Shown in pieces: positions 18,871 through 27,310 of a DNA stretch of 64,000 bases. The stretch is taken from contig JAFWDJ010000022.1 of the NCBI GenBank assembly GCA_017513095.1, positions 44,755 to 108,754 on the forward strand. Direction: 5' to 3'. Below the pieces are notes generated by a model. That model ran no database searches. It saw only the letters and a program-made list of their open reading frames with translations, and had not been told where the DNA came from. The number at the start of each line of letters is the position of its first letter. Position 1 is the stretch's first letter. Made by a program: the position numbers and the translations under genes. This DNA is from Clostridia bacterium. Its GTDB lineage: Bacteria > Bacillota > Clostridia > Oscillospirales > RGIG577.

Positions 18871-18910
18871 CGCCCCGTCGGAGTTTGTTTAGAAAAAAGG
18901 AGGAGCATTC

Positions 18911-19927
18911 ATGCCCTTACTGTTTGTACGCAACGACATAACGAAAATGAAATGCGACGCCATTGTAAACGCCGTTGACAACGATATGCACCCGGGCGGC
19001 GGCACGGACGCCGCGATACATAAGGCGGCGGGCCCCGGATTATTGGAGGAATGCATGAGTCTCGGCGGATGCCCCTCGGGCATGGCGAAGATAACGGGCG
19101 CCTACGACCTTAAATGCAAGTATGTCATACATACGGCGGGACCGCGCTGGCGCGGCGGAAGCGCGGGCGAGGAGGAGACGCTTGTTTCGTGCTGCCGCAA
19201 TTCCCTGCGGCTCGCGAGTGAGAACGGCTGTATGTCCGTCGCCTTCCCGCTCATATCGACGGGAACGTTCGGCTATCCGAAGGATTTGGCGCTTAAAACG
19301 ATGCAAAACGCGATCGCAGACTTCCTTACGGAAAACGACATGACCGTATACATCGTCGTTTACGATAAAGAGGGCTTTCTTGCAAGCAAAAAGCTTTCGG
19401 GCGAGATACGGGAGTACATAGACGAGAACTACGTTGAAAAGCATTTGGAGAAGCGCTCATATCATCAGCGCCGCAATCCTTTCGGGGCCCTTCCGGGGTT
19501 TTTCTCCTCGAAGTCAAGGGAGACTTTCGAGGCGGAGGACGCCGCGTTCTCCGTGGCGGGCAGCCTTGACGATATCGTGGACGAGCTCGACGAGAGCTTT
19601 TCGCAGATGCTGCTTCGCAAGATAACCGAGAAGGGCATGACGGACCCCGAATGCTACAAGCGCGCGAACGTCGACAGAAAGCTCTTCTCGAAGATAAGAA
19701 ACGACGTAAATTACAGGCCGAAGAAAACTACGGCAGTCGCGTTCGCCGTCGCGCTCAGGCTTTCTCTTGACGAGACGCGCGAGCTTCTTATGAAGGCGGG
19801 CTTCGCGCTTTCGCACAGCAGCAAATTCGACGTGATCGTGGAATACTTCATAAGCCGCGGCATTTACGATATCTTTACGATAAACGAGGCGCTTTTCGAG
19901 TACGATCAGGCGCTTTTAGGCGCGTGA
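18911..19927 (+). CDS. macro domain protein (ADP-ribose/O-acetyl-ADP-ribose hydrolase-like) with C-terminal HTH-like domain
   Basis: 338 aa. N-terminal macro signature DAIVNAVDN...GGGTDAAIHKAAG...VIHTAGP...SVAFPLISTGTFGYP. The C-terminal ~110 aa resemble an XRE-type HTH. Strong AAGGAGGAG RBS. Confidence 0.85.
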   Translation: MPLLFVRNDITKMKCDAIVNAVDNDMHPGGGTDAAIHKAAGPGLLEECMSLGGCPSGMAKITGAYDLKCKYVIHTAGPRWRGGSAGEEETLVSCCRNSLRLASENGCMSVAFPLISTGTFGYPKDLALKTMQNAIADFLTENDMTVYIVVYDKEGFLASKKLSGEIREYIDENYVEKHLEKRSYHQRRNPFGALPGFFSSKSRETFEAEDAAFSVAGSLDDIVDELDESFSQMLLRKITEKGMTDPECYKRANVDRKLFSKIRNDVNYRPKKTTAVAFAVALRLSLDETRELLMKAGFALSHSSKFDVIVEYFISRGIYDIFTINEALFEYDQALLGA

Positions 19928-19972
19928 ATTTGTCGCATGGCAGGCGACCTTTGATATTATTTTAAAAGCTAT

Positions 19973-20015
19973 AATGTGACTGCAAGGTAAAAAAACGCAG
20001 TCACATTATTATTTT
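19973..20015 (+). terminator. rho-independent terminator
   Basis: 11-bp stem AATGTGACTGC/GCAGTCACATT with a 13-nt loop, followed by ATTATTTT. Confidence 0.65.
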
Positions 20016-20029
20016 GGGAGGTAATATCA

Positions 20030-20680
20030 ATGAAAAACAATCTTACAGAACTCGTATTCATTCTTGACCGCAGCGGCTCCATGGCGGGGCTTGAGGACGA
20101 CACGATAGGGGGATTTAATTCGCTTATCGAGAAGCAGAAGAGAGAGACCGGCGAATGCTACGTTTCCACGGTGCTCTTCTCGAACAGAAGCAAGGTCATC
20201 CACGACCGCGTGAAGCTTGAAGAAGTAAAGCCGATGACGCGCGACGATTACGTTGCCGGCGGCTGCACCGCGCTTATCGACGCGATAGGCGGCGCAGTCA
20301 CGCATATCGGCAACATCCATAAGTACGCGCGCCCCGAGGACGTGCCCGAGCGCACGGTGTTCGTGATAACGACCGACGGCATGGAGAACGCGAGCCGCAT
20401 CTATTCGAGCGACGAGGTAAAGCTCATGATAGAGCGTCAGAAGGAGGGATACGGCTGGGAGTTTCTCTTCATCGGCGCGAATATCGACTCCGTTGAGACG
20501 GCGGGACGCTTCGGCATAGACGCAGACCGCGCCGTAAACTACCACGCCGACAGAAAGGGCACGTCCGTCGTGTTCGAGGCCGTAGCCGAGGCCGTAGGCG
20601 CCGCAAGACGCGAAGGCAGCGCAGGCGCAGATTGGAGAAAGAAGATAGACGCGGACTTTAAGGGAAGAAAGAAGAAGTAA
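20030..20680 (+). CDS. von Willebrand factor A (vWA) domain protein
   Basis: 216 aa. MIDAS motif in LVFILDRSGSM, plus GGCTAL and ITTDGMEN. GGGAGG RBS. Confidence 0.85.
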   Translation: MKNNLTELVFILDRSGSMAGLEDDTIGGFNSLIEKQKRETGECYVSTVLFSNRSKVIHDRVKLEEVKPMTRDDYVAGGCTALIDAIGGAVTHIGNIHKYARPEDVPERTVFVITTDGMENASRIYSSDEVKLMIERQKEGYGWEFLFIGANIDSVETAGRFGIDADRAVNYHADRKGTSVVFEAVAEAVGAARREGSAGADWRKKIDADFKGRKKK

Positions 20681-20690
20681 ATATTTCATT

Positions 20691-20722
20691 AAAAACGCGC
20701 GGACGCCCGTCCGCGCGTTTTT
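20691..20722 (+). terminator. rho-independent terminator
   Basis: GC-rich hairpin ACGCGCGGACG/CGTCCGCGCGT flanked by AAAAA and TTTTT. Confidence 0.75.
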
Positions 20723-20855
20723 CGGTTATGCGGCTTCCGTACGGAAAAGCTTATGCTATTAAATATAATAGTACTTGAAAAATTATAATATGTATGATAA
20801 ATTAAAAGTACAGATGCCGCGGTTAAGAATAATATATAATAAGGGGTGCATATAA

Positions 20856-21962
20856 ATGTCAGGCTTATTCTCTGAGATCACTATCAACAAAACGAAGCTT
20901 AAAAACAGAATTGTATTTCCGGCAATGCTTGTATGCGACATCAACACTCCCGGGGGATTTGTAAACGAGTCCCACTTAAAGCATTATCAATGGCTCTGCG
21001 ACAGAGGCGTTGCCATGATAGTGGCGGGCGCGTCGTACGTAAGCGAGAACGGCAAAATGACTCCTGTGTCCCAGCTTGGCGTGTCCTCCGACGAGCATAT
21101 CCCCGGACTTTCCAAGATACCCGAGGTATGCCATAAGAATGGTGTTCCGGTGCTCATGCTCATAAACCATGCCGGAGTAAACGCACAGGGTACCAACGAT
21201 CTTGTGGCCTCATCGGTAATCAAGGTCGAATCAAAAATTTTCGGCACGTCAATATCGAGAGAGATGACGAAGGAAGAGATAAAGAAGTATCAAAAGGATT
21301 ATGTAGACGCTGCATTAAGATGCGAAAAGGCCGGTTTCGACGGCGTACAGGTGCAGTGTGCGCATAATTATCTTTTCGACACCTTCCTTTCTAGCGAAAA
21401 GAATAAGCGTACCGACGAATACGGCGGAAGCCGCGAGAACCGCGCAAGGATAGCCGTTGAAACGATAAAAGAGATAAAGAAGCGCGTTCGTCCCGATTTC
21501 ATCGTGGCAGTAAGAATGCCCTACAATGCTCCGACGATAGAGGACGCGGTAGAGTTCGCAAAGCTGTTTGAGGCAGCGGGCGCAGATTATATTGAGGTAT
21601 CGTGGGGAACGATGAGCTTCGTTGATATAACGCTCGGCGAGGGCCCCAAGGCTCCCGAAGGCTTCAAATTTGACAACATTCCTTACGGCGCATCGCAGAT
21701 AAAGAAGGCCGTATCCATTCCCGTAGGCGGCGTATGGATGATGCGTTCGGAAAGCGCCCACGAAATGATAGAGAACGGTTACAGCGATACCGTTGACGTG
21801 CTTCGCGGCATACTTATAGACCCCGATTGGGTAGAGAAGGCAAAAGAGAAGAAGCCGTCCAATAAGTGCTTTAACTGCAAGCCCATCTGCCGCTGGTACA
21901 TGGACAGAACGAAGTGCCCGCAGTGGAACAAGCTTCCCGAGGATGTTCGCCTGAATATTTAA
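20856..21962 (+). CDS. NADH:flavin oxidoreductase (Old Yellow Enzyme family)
   Basis: 368 aa. Motifs LINHAGV and AHNYLFDTFLSSEKNKRTDEYGGSRENRARI. The gene is noticeably more AT-rich than its neighbours. Confidence 0.85.
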   Translation: MSGLFSEITINKTKLKNRIVFPAMLVCDINTPGGFVNESHLKHYQWLCDRGVAMIVAGASYVSENGKMTPVSQLGVSSDEHIPGLSKIPEVCHKNGVPVLMLINHAGVNAQGTNDLVASSVIKVESKIFGTSISREMTKEEIKKYQKDYVDAALRCEKAGFDGVQVQCAHNYLFDTFLSSEKNKRTDEYGGSRENRARIAVETIKEIKKRVRPDFIVAVRMPYNAPTIEDAVEFAKLFEAAGADYIEVSWGTMSFVDITLGEGPKAPEGFKFDNIPYGASQIKKAVSIPVGGVWMMRSESAHEMIENGYSDTVDVLRGILIDPDWVEKAKEKKPSNKCFNCKPICRWYMDRTKCPQWNKLPEDVRLNI

Positions 21963-22002
21963 TTAAGATAAAGATTCCCATTATACTTTTTCTCTCAAAA
22001 GG

Positions 22003-22045
22003 AGCGAAGCGCCAAGGCTGTGCCAAAATGGCGCTTCGCTTTTTT
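22003..22045 (+). terminator. rho-independent terminator
   Basis: 11-bp stem AGCGAAGCGCC/GGCGCTTCGCT with a 16-nt loop, then TTTTT. Confidence 0.7.
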
Positions 22046-22126
22046 AATTGACAACCCGGCACGGTGCGATATAGAATGAAAGGAGAAAAGCCGCAGGGAC
22101 GCGGCGCGAAAAAAGGAGGCGGGACA

Positions 22127-22948
22127 ATGTTTGAGGATATCATAAAAAACGTAAGGGCAAAAACGCCGCTCGTTCACTGCATCACGAATTACGTTACGGT
22201 AAACGACGTGGCGAACATACTTCTTGCCTGCGGCGGCTCTCCCATAATGGCGCAGGACGCACAGGAGACCGCACAGATAACGGCGCTTGCCGACGCGCTG
22301 TATTTAAACATCGGCACGCTCAGCGAGCAATCGGTTAAAAGTATGCTCATATCGGCGCGCGCGGCCGAAAAGAAGGGCATACCCGTCGTACTCGATCCGG
22401 TGGGCGCGGGCGCGTCGGAATTTAGGACACGCGCCGCGCAAAGCATACTCGACGCCGCGTCGATGGCGATTATACGCGGCAACGTCTCCGAAATAATGAC
22501 GCTCGCGGGCGTTCGGGCCAACACGAAGGGCGTCGATGCGGGCGCGGACGATACGTCGCGCTTCTCGGTCGATTTTCTCATTGAAGCGGCAAAAAGCCTT
22601 TCGCGCACATCGGGCGCGGTCGTCGGCATTTCGGGAAAGACCGATATCGTGACCGACGGCAGGCAGGTCATTCTGATTAAGAACGGACACAGCGATATGA
22701 CTAAGATTACGGGCACGGGATGTATGCTTACGGCAGTAGCCGCCGCATACGCCGGCGCGAACCCCGACAATCTTACGGAAGCCCTGGCGGCAGCGTTCTG
22801 CGCGGTGGGAATAGCGGGAGAGCGTGCGCGCGAGCGCATGACCCTCGAAGACGCCGGAAACGCTTCGCTGCGCACGTGGTTCATTGATAATATGTATAAA
22901 ATTGGTTACTATGATTTGAGAGGCGGAGCAAAATATGAAATTTACTAA
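22127..22948 (+). CDS. thiM: hydroxyethylthiazole kinase
   Basis: The ATG at 22127 follows AAAAGGAGG; the track ORF 22064 start lacks an RBS. Contains PLVHCITNYVTVNDVANILLACGGSP. Confidence 0.92.
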   Translation: MFEDIIKNVRAKTPLVHCITNYVTVNDVANILLACGGSPIMAQDAQETAQITALADALYLNIGTLSEQSVKSMLISARAAEKKGIPVVLDPVGAGASEFRTRAAQSILDAASMAIIRGNVSEIMTLAGVRANTKGVDAGADDTSRFSVDFLIEAAKSLSRTSGAVVGISGKTDIVTDGRQVILIKNGHSDMTKITGTGCMLTAVAAAYAGANPDNLTEALAAAFCAVGIAGERARERMTLEDAGNASLRTWFIDNMYKIGYYDLRGGAKYEIY

Positions 22949-23597
22949 AACACCGGACGCATTAAGAAAGTCCATGCACCTTTACGCGATAACCGACCGC
23001 AAATTCCTGAAAGACGGGCAGACGCTTGCCGACCAGGTAAGAGAAGCCATTGAGGGCGGCGCGACCTTTATCCAGATAAGAGAGAAGAACATATCGTTTG
23101 ACGAATACGTGCGCCTTTCAAAGGAGGTAAAGGCCGTCACCGACGAATACGGCGTGCCGTTCGTCGTAAACGACGACGTGGACGTGGCGCTTGCCTGCGG
23201 CGCGGACGGCGCGCACGTCGGTCAGGAGGACCTTGACAGCGGCGAGGCGCGTCGAAAGCTCGGTCCGAACGCAATATTGGGCGTGTCGGCCTCGAGTGTT
23301 GAGGAGCTTTTGGCGGCCGTAGAAAGCGGCGCGGATTATCTCGGCGTCGGCGCGATATTCCCCACGGGAACGAAGCTCGACGCGGACCCCGTGACGTACG
23401 ATATGCTTAAAAAGATATGCGACGCGTCGACCGTGCCTATTGTGGCGATAGGCGGCATTTCGAAGGACAATATACTTAAATTAAAGGGAAGCGGCATTGA
23501 CGGCGTGGCCATAGTTTCGGCCATCTTCGGCGCGGACGACATAAAGGCGAGCGCAGCCGAGCTTTCAAGGCTTGCGGATGAGGTAAAGGGGAAGTAA
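22935..23597 (+). CDS. thiE: thiamine-phosphate synthase
   Basis: 220 aa. Motifs LYAITDR, IQIREK, GAHVGQEDL and IVAIGGI. It overlaps the thiM stop by 14 nt. Confidence 0.92.
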   Translation: MKFTKTPDALRKSMHLYAITDRKFLKDGQTLADQVREAIEGGATFIQIREKNISFDEYVRLSKEVKAVTDEYGVPFVVNDDVDVALACGADGAHVGQEDLDSGEARRKLGPNAILGVSASSVEELLAAVESGADYLGVGAIFPTGTKLDADPVTYDMLKKICDASTVPIVAIGGISKDNILKLKGSGIDGVAIVSAIFGADDIKASAAELSRLADEVKGK

Positions 23598-23604
23598 AGC
23601 TTAT

Positions 23605-23640
23605 AAAAACCGCCCGAATCGTGCGTTCGGGCGGTTTTTT
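23605..23640 (+). terminator. rho-independent terminator
   Basis: Stem CCGCCCGAA/TTCGGGCGG with a 7-nt loop, flanked by AAAAA and TTTTTT. Confidence 0.8.
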
Positions 23641-23653
23641 CTGCCCAAAACGC

Positions 23654-23682
23654 TTTACATGCGCGATTTTGAGTGATATAAT
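23654..23682 (+). promoter_or_regulatory. sigma-70-type promoter for the DUF134/NifX-mrp unit
   Basis: TTTACA, a 17-nt spacer, then TATAAT. Confidence 0.55.
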
Positions 23683-23721
23683 CGACATATGACGGAAATA
23701 ACATGAAGGGAGGCCGATAGT

Positions 23722-24510
23722 ATGGCAAGGCCGCAAAGGTGCCGCAGGATATGCAGGGAGCCCGATTTCGACTCTTTTCTGCCCGACGGCAGGGACGGAT
23801 GCGAGTCCGTCGTATTGTCGGTCGACGAATATGAAGTCATACGGCTCGTCGATTACGAAAAGTATACTCACGAGCAGTGCGCGGCGCGCATGGACATTTC
23901 CCGCACCACCGTGACCGAGATATACGAAAGCGCACGTTTCAAGCTTTCGGATACTATCGTAAACGGAAAGCGGCTCGTCATCGGCGGCGGCAATTACCGT
24001 CTGTGCGGCGGCGAGGACAATACGGCGTGCGGAAGCGTATGTCATGCGGCGCCGTCCCACGAGCAAAAAAATATATTAAAAAAGGGAGAGAATATAATGA
24101 GAGTAGCGGTAACTTACGAGAACGGACAGGTATTTCAGCATTACGGCCATACGAAACAGTTCAAGGTGTTTGACTTTTCGGACGGCGATATAGTATCGTC
24201 CGAGATTATCGACGCGACGGGAAGCGGACACGGCGCGCTGGCCGGATTTCTTTCGGCCAACAAGGTGGACGCGCTTATCTGCGGCGGCATAGGCGGCGGC
24301 GCAAAGACGGCGCTTACCGAGGCGGGCATTAAATTCTACGGCGGAGTAAAGGGCAGTGCGGACAAGGCGGCTTCGGACTTCTCGAAGGGCTCGCTTTTAT
24401 ACGACCCGTTCGCAAGCTGCAGCGACAGTCACGGCCATCATCACCACCATCACGACAAGGATCACGACTGCAATGATCACGCCTGCGGCGAGCACGGCTG
24501 TCATGACTGA
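23722..24510 (+). CDS. DUF134 (UPF0251, predicted DNA-binding) fused to a NifX/NifB-type dinitrogenase FeMo-cofactor-binding-like domain, with His-rich tail
   Basis: 262-aa single ORF. The N-terminus MARPQRCRRICREP...EYEVIRLVD...MDISRTTV is typical of DUF134. The C-terminal MRVAVTYENGQVFQHYGHTKQFKVFD...ICGGIGGGA is typical of the NifX/NifB family. The tail is HGHHHHHHDKDHDCNDHACGEHGCHD. An in-frame ATG at 24097 has its own AAGGGAGAG RBS. Confidence 0.8.
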   Translation: MARPQRCRRICREPDFDSFLPDGRDGCESVVLSVDEYEVIRLVDYEKYTHEQCAARMDISRTTVTEIYESARFKLSDTIVNGKRLVIGGGNYRLCGGEDNTACGSVCHAAPSHEQKNILKKGENIMRVAVTYENGQVFQHYGHTKQFKVFDFSDGDIVSSEIIDATGSGHGALAGFLSANKVDALICGGIGGGAKTALTEAGIKFYGGVKGSADKAASDFSKGSLLYDPFASCSDSHGHHHHHHDKDHDCNDHACGEHGCHD

Positions 24511-24534
24511 TAAAATTTAAAAGGAGATTTTAAA

Positions 24535-25401
24535 ATGAGCGATAAATGCAATAACAACTGCGCGGAGTGCGGCGAGGACTGCGCGGAAAGAAGAGAAAAG
24601 CAGAGCTTTCTTGAAGCGCCCAACGCTTCCACTCACGTGGGCAAAATGATAGGCGTAGTAAGCGGCAAGGGCGGCGTGGGAAAATCACTCGTGACGTCGC
24701 TTTTGGCCTCCGCGATGAGAAAGCAGGGCTTTGAGACGGCCGTGCTCGACGCCGATATAACGGGCCCGTCGATACCGAAGATACTCGGCATAAAAAACAG
24801 GGCGTATTCCGACGGCGAGGGCATATATCCCGTTTCGAGCCAAAGCGAAATAAAGGTCATGTCTATAAATCTGCTGCTTGAAAGCGAGACCGATCCCGTC
24901 GTATGGCGCGGCCCGATAATCGCGGGCGCGGTAAAGCAGTTCTGGACCGATATCATATGGGGCGACGTCGATTATATGTTCGTCGATATGCCTCCCGGAA
25001 CGGGCGACGTGCCGCTTACGGTATTCCAGTCGCTGCCCGTCGACGGCATAATCATCGTGGCGTCTCCGCAGCAGCTCGTTGAAATGATCGTGAGCAAGGC
25101 ATTCAAAATGGCCGAGACGATGAACATCCCCGTGTTGGGACTCGTTGAGAATATGTCGTATTACGTGTGCCCTAACTGCGGCGAAAAGCATTACATTTTC
25201 GGCGACAGCAAGATAGAAGAGCTGGCCGAAAAGTTCGGCGTTGCGGCGACGGCAAGGATACCGATTGACGAAAAGCTTGCCGCGCTGTGCGACAGCGGCA
25301 ATATTGAGTCGCTCGAGCAGAGCTGGACGGACGCGATAATAAGTGCCGTAAAGGAAGCGCCCGCAAGATTCTCGGGAACGGAGAGCGCGACGCTGTCATA
25401 A
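24535..25401 (+). CDS. Mrp/NBP35/ApbC family Fe-S cluster carrier ATPase
   Basis: 288 aa. Deviant Walker A SGKGGVGKS, CPNCG motif, and an N-terminal Cys-rich segment CNNNCAECGEDC. Confidence 0.9.
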   Translation: MSDKCNNNCAECGEDCAERREKQSFLEAPNASTHVGKMIGVVSGKGGVGKSLVTSLLASAMRKQGFETAVLDADITGPSIPKILGIKNRAYSDGEGIYPVSSQSEIKVMSINLLLESETDPVVWRGPIIAGAVKQFWTDIIWGDVDYMFVDMPPGTGDVPLTVFQSLPVDGIIIVASPQQLVEMIVSKAFKMAETMNIPVLGLVENMSYYVCPNCGEKHYIFGDSKIEELAEKFGVAATARIPIDEKLAALCDSGNIESLEQSWTDAIISAVKEAPARFSGTESATLS

Positions 25402-25410
25402 CCCAAAAAT

Positions 25411-25440
25411 AACTGCCGAAGGGATGTCCCTTCGGCAGTT
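25411..25440. terminator. bidirectional terminator hairpin between convergent genes
   Basis: Near-perfect palindrome AACTGCCGAAGGGA/TCCCTTCGGCAGTT. Confidence 0.6.
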
Positions 25441-25442
25441 CT

Positions 25443-25877
25443 CTATTCAAGTATCATATTTATATGCGGTATGCCGTCTATCGAATACTCGTCCGATATC
25501 TTAACAAAGCCGAGCCGTTCGTAGAACTCCCGTGTATACGTCTGCGCGGCAATTTTTATTTTATCTGCGCCGAATTCGCTCTTCGCAAGCCTTATGCCCT
25601 CGCGAACGAGCGCGCTGCCGGTGCCCGAGCGGCGCTTTTTCGCTATGACGCGCCCTATCGAGACCTCATCGAAGTTCACGCCCTTTTTAAGAATGCGAAG
25701 ATAGGCCGCAAGCTCTCCGCCGTCCGTGTAAAAGACGTGAAGCGCGTCCCGGTCCTTTCCGTCCGTATCGAGATAGCGGCTCTGCTGCTCGACTACGAAC
25801 ACGGCGGAGCGAAGCCGCAGTATCTCGTAAAGCTCGCGCGGCGTAAGCTCGTCAAAATATTTAACGTGTAATTCCAT
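25443..25877 (-). CDS. GNAT family N-acetyltransferase (ElaA-like)
   Basis: 144 aa. Acetyl-CoA motif RRSGTGSALV and an ElaA-like N-terminus LTPRELYEILRLRSAVFVVEQ. Confidence 0.85.
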   Translation of the reverse strand: MELHVKYFDELTPRELYEILRLRSAVFVVEQQSRYLDTDGKDRDALHVFYTDGGELAAYLRILKKGVNFDEVSIGRVIAKKRRSGTGSALVREGIRLAKSEFGADKIKIAAQTYTREFYERLGFVKISDEYSIDGIPHINMILE

Positions 25878-25899
25878 AAAAATCCCACCGTTTTTCTTA

Positions 25900-26229
25900 T
25901 CAGGTGTTCTTGTCCACCTTTTTCATTTTCTTTAAATTGCCGGACTTTTTGCGGCGTTCGCGCAGGTTATCCTCGACCTCGCGCACGTCTATATCGAGCT
26001 CGGCAAGCATAACGTTCAGGTGATACAGTAAATCCGCCGTTTCGTTTATGATCGGCTCCTTTTCGCCGTTCTTCGCGGCGATTATCGTTTCGGCGCATTC
26101 CTCGCCGACCTTTTTAAGTATCTTGTCGATGCCTTCCCTGAAAAGATAGGCCGTGTACGAGCCCTCTTCCTTTGATTCTCTGCGCGAGATGACAACGTCG
26201 TACATCTCGGCTAAAATGCTGTCGTTCAT
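25900..26229 (-). CDS. hisE: phosphoribosyl-ATP pyrophosphatase
   Basis: 109 aa. Contains SYTAYLF..G.DKILKKVGEECAETIIAAKN....ETADLLYHLNVML. Confidence 0.9.
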   Translation of the reverse strand: MNDSILAEMYDVVISRRESKEEGSYTAYLFREGIDKILKKVGEECAETIIAAKNGEKEPIINETADLLYHLNVMLAELDIDVREVEDNLRERRKKSGNLKKMKKVDKNT

Positions 26230-26243
26230 AGTTTTTTCCTCCG

Positions 26244-27296
26244 TCAGAATTTTTTAAGCGTTCTGTAAAAGCACGAGCGGTTCCCCGTATGGCACGCCGC
26301 GCCTATCTGCTCGACCGTGATAAGAAGCGTGTCGCAGTCACAGTCGTAGAATATTTCCGATACGTTCTGGATATGGCCGCTTGTAGCGCCCTTGTTCCAA
26401 AGCTCGCTGCGCGAACGCGACCAGAACCACGTCTGACCTGTAAGAAGGGTGCGCCGCAGCGATTCGCGGTTCATATACGCGAGCATGAGCGTCTTATTGG
26501 TTATCTTATCCGCGACAACGGCGGGGATAAGGTCGCTCTTTTCAAAGAACGGCTCAAGGTCGCAGGGAAACGGGGGCGCGCCGTTTAGCTTTACGTTTAT
26601 CGCGTCGGTAAGCTTTAAGCTTCCCGAATATATAGCCTTTCCGGCTATAACGCCGTAAAGCCCCATTTGGGCCACGGTATTTATATCCTCTATGTCTCTT
26701 ACGCCGCCGCTTGCAATGATATTGCACGACACCGCGTCGGACAGCGCCCAAAGCTGCGAGAAGTTGGGACGCATGAGCGTGCCGTCGCGGCCTATATCGG
26801 TAAAGACTATCGTTTTTACGCCGATGTCCTCCATTGCGCGGGCAAGCTCGATATAAGTGACGCGGCTGTCCGAAAGCCAGCCCTCGGTGCTCACATATCC
26901 GTCCTTTGCGTCAATGCCCACGGTTATTCTGTCGCCGTAAGACTTTACGGCCTCTTCGACGAGCGGCTTGTTTTTTAAAGCCACGCTGCCTAAGATCACG
27001 CGGCTTGCGCCCGCTTTAAGCACCGCCTCTATCGTAGCCATATCCCTTACGCCGCCGCCGAACTCGATCTCGAGCGGCGCGGCCGCCTTTATCTCTGCGA
27101 GTACGTCGAGGTTCTGCGGCTTTCCCGCCTTCGCGCCGTCGAGATCGACGACGTGAAGATGGCGCGCGCCGTCTGAGTAGAATTTTTTTGCAGTCTCGGC
27201 CGCGCTGTCGGCCACCGTGTGCGCCGTGTCGTAGCGCCCCTTGTAAAGGCGCACGGGCGTCTTGTTTATTAGGTCAATCGCGGGAAGTATTATCAT
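26244..27296 (-). CDS. hisA: bifunctional HisA (ProFAR isomerase) / HisI (phosphoribosyl-AMP cyclohydrolase) fusion
   Basis: 350 aa. Residues ~1-240 are HisA (IILPAIDL...VVDLDGAK...GGGVR...ASGGV). Residues ~245-350 are HisI (LIPAVVAD...[10 protein letters not shown]...[16 protein letters not shown]...DCDCDTLL...[11 protein letters not shown]). Confidence 0.88.
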   Translation of the reverse strand: MIILPAIDLINKTPVRLYKGRYDTAHTVADSAAETAKKFYSDGARHLHVVDLDGAKAGKPQNLDVLAEIKAAAPLEIEFGGGVRDMATIEAVLKAGASRVILGSVALKNKPLVEEAVKSYGDRITVGIDAKDGYVSTEGWLSDSRVTYIELARAMEDIGVKTIVFTDIGRDGTLMRPNFSQLWALSDAVSCNIIASGGVRDIEDINTVAQMGLYGVIAGKAIYSGSLKLTDAINVKLNGAPPFPCDLEPFFEKSDLIPAVVADKITNKTLMLAYMNRESLRRTLLTGQTWFWSRSRSELWNKGATSGHIQNVSEIFYDCDCDTLLITVEQIGAACHTGNRSCFYRTLKKF

Positions 27297-27310
27297 GTTA
27301 TTACTCCCCC

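Noticed and set aside
18695-18892. Small ORFs 18695..18892 and 33232..33489 sharing the peptide RRRSAIDNSDLFF, considered as a conserved micro-protein.
   Set aside because: The shared peptide is simply the translation of the conserved 3' half of the nucleotide repeat. The ORFs have different N- and C-termini and no RBS, and the second runs into a convergent gene. The conservation is better explained at the DNA/RNA level.
21963-22126. An expected TPP riboswitch upstream of thiM-thiE.
   Set aside because: The region holds only the preceding terminator, a TTGACA-type promoter (22048..) and a ~45-nt leader. I find no CUGAGA / ACCUGAUCUGGAUAAUGCCAGCG-like THI-box elements. Regulation must be different or absent.
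24097-24510. Calling the NifX-like domain as a separate gene from DUF134.
   Set aside because: There is no stop codon between the two domains (one continuous frame, 23722..24510), so a fusion was annotated. The internal RBS and ATG are noted as a possible secondary start.
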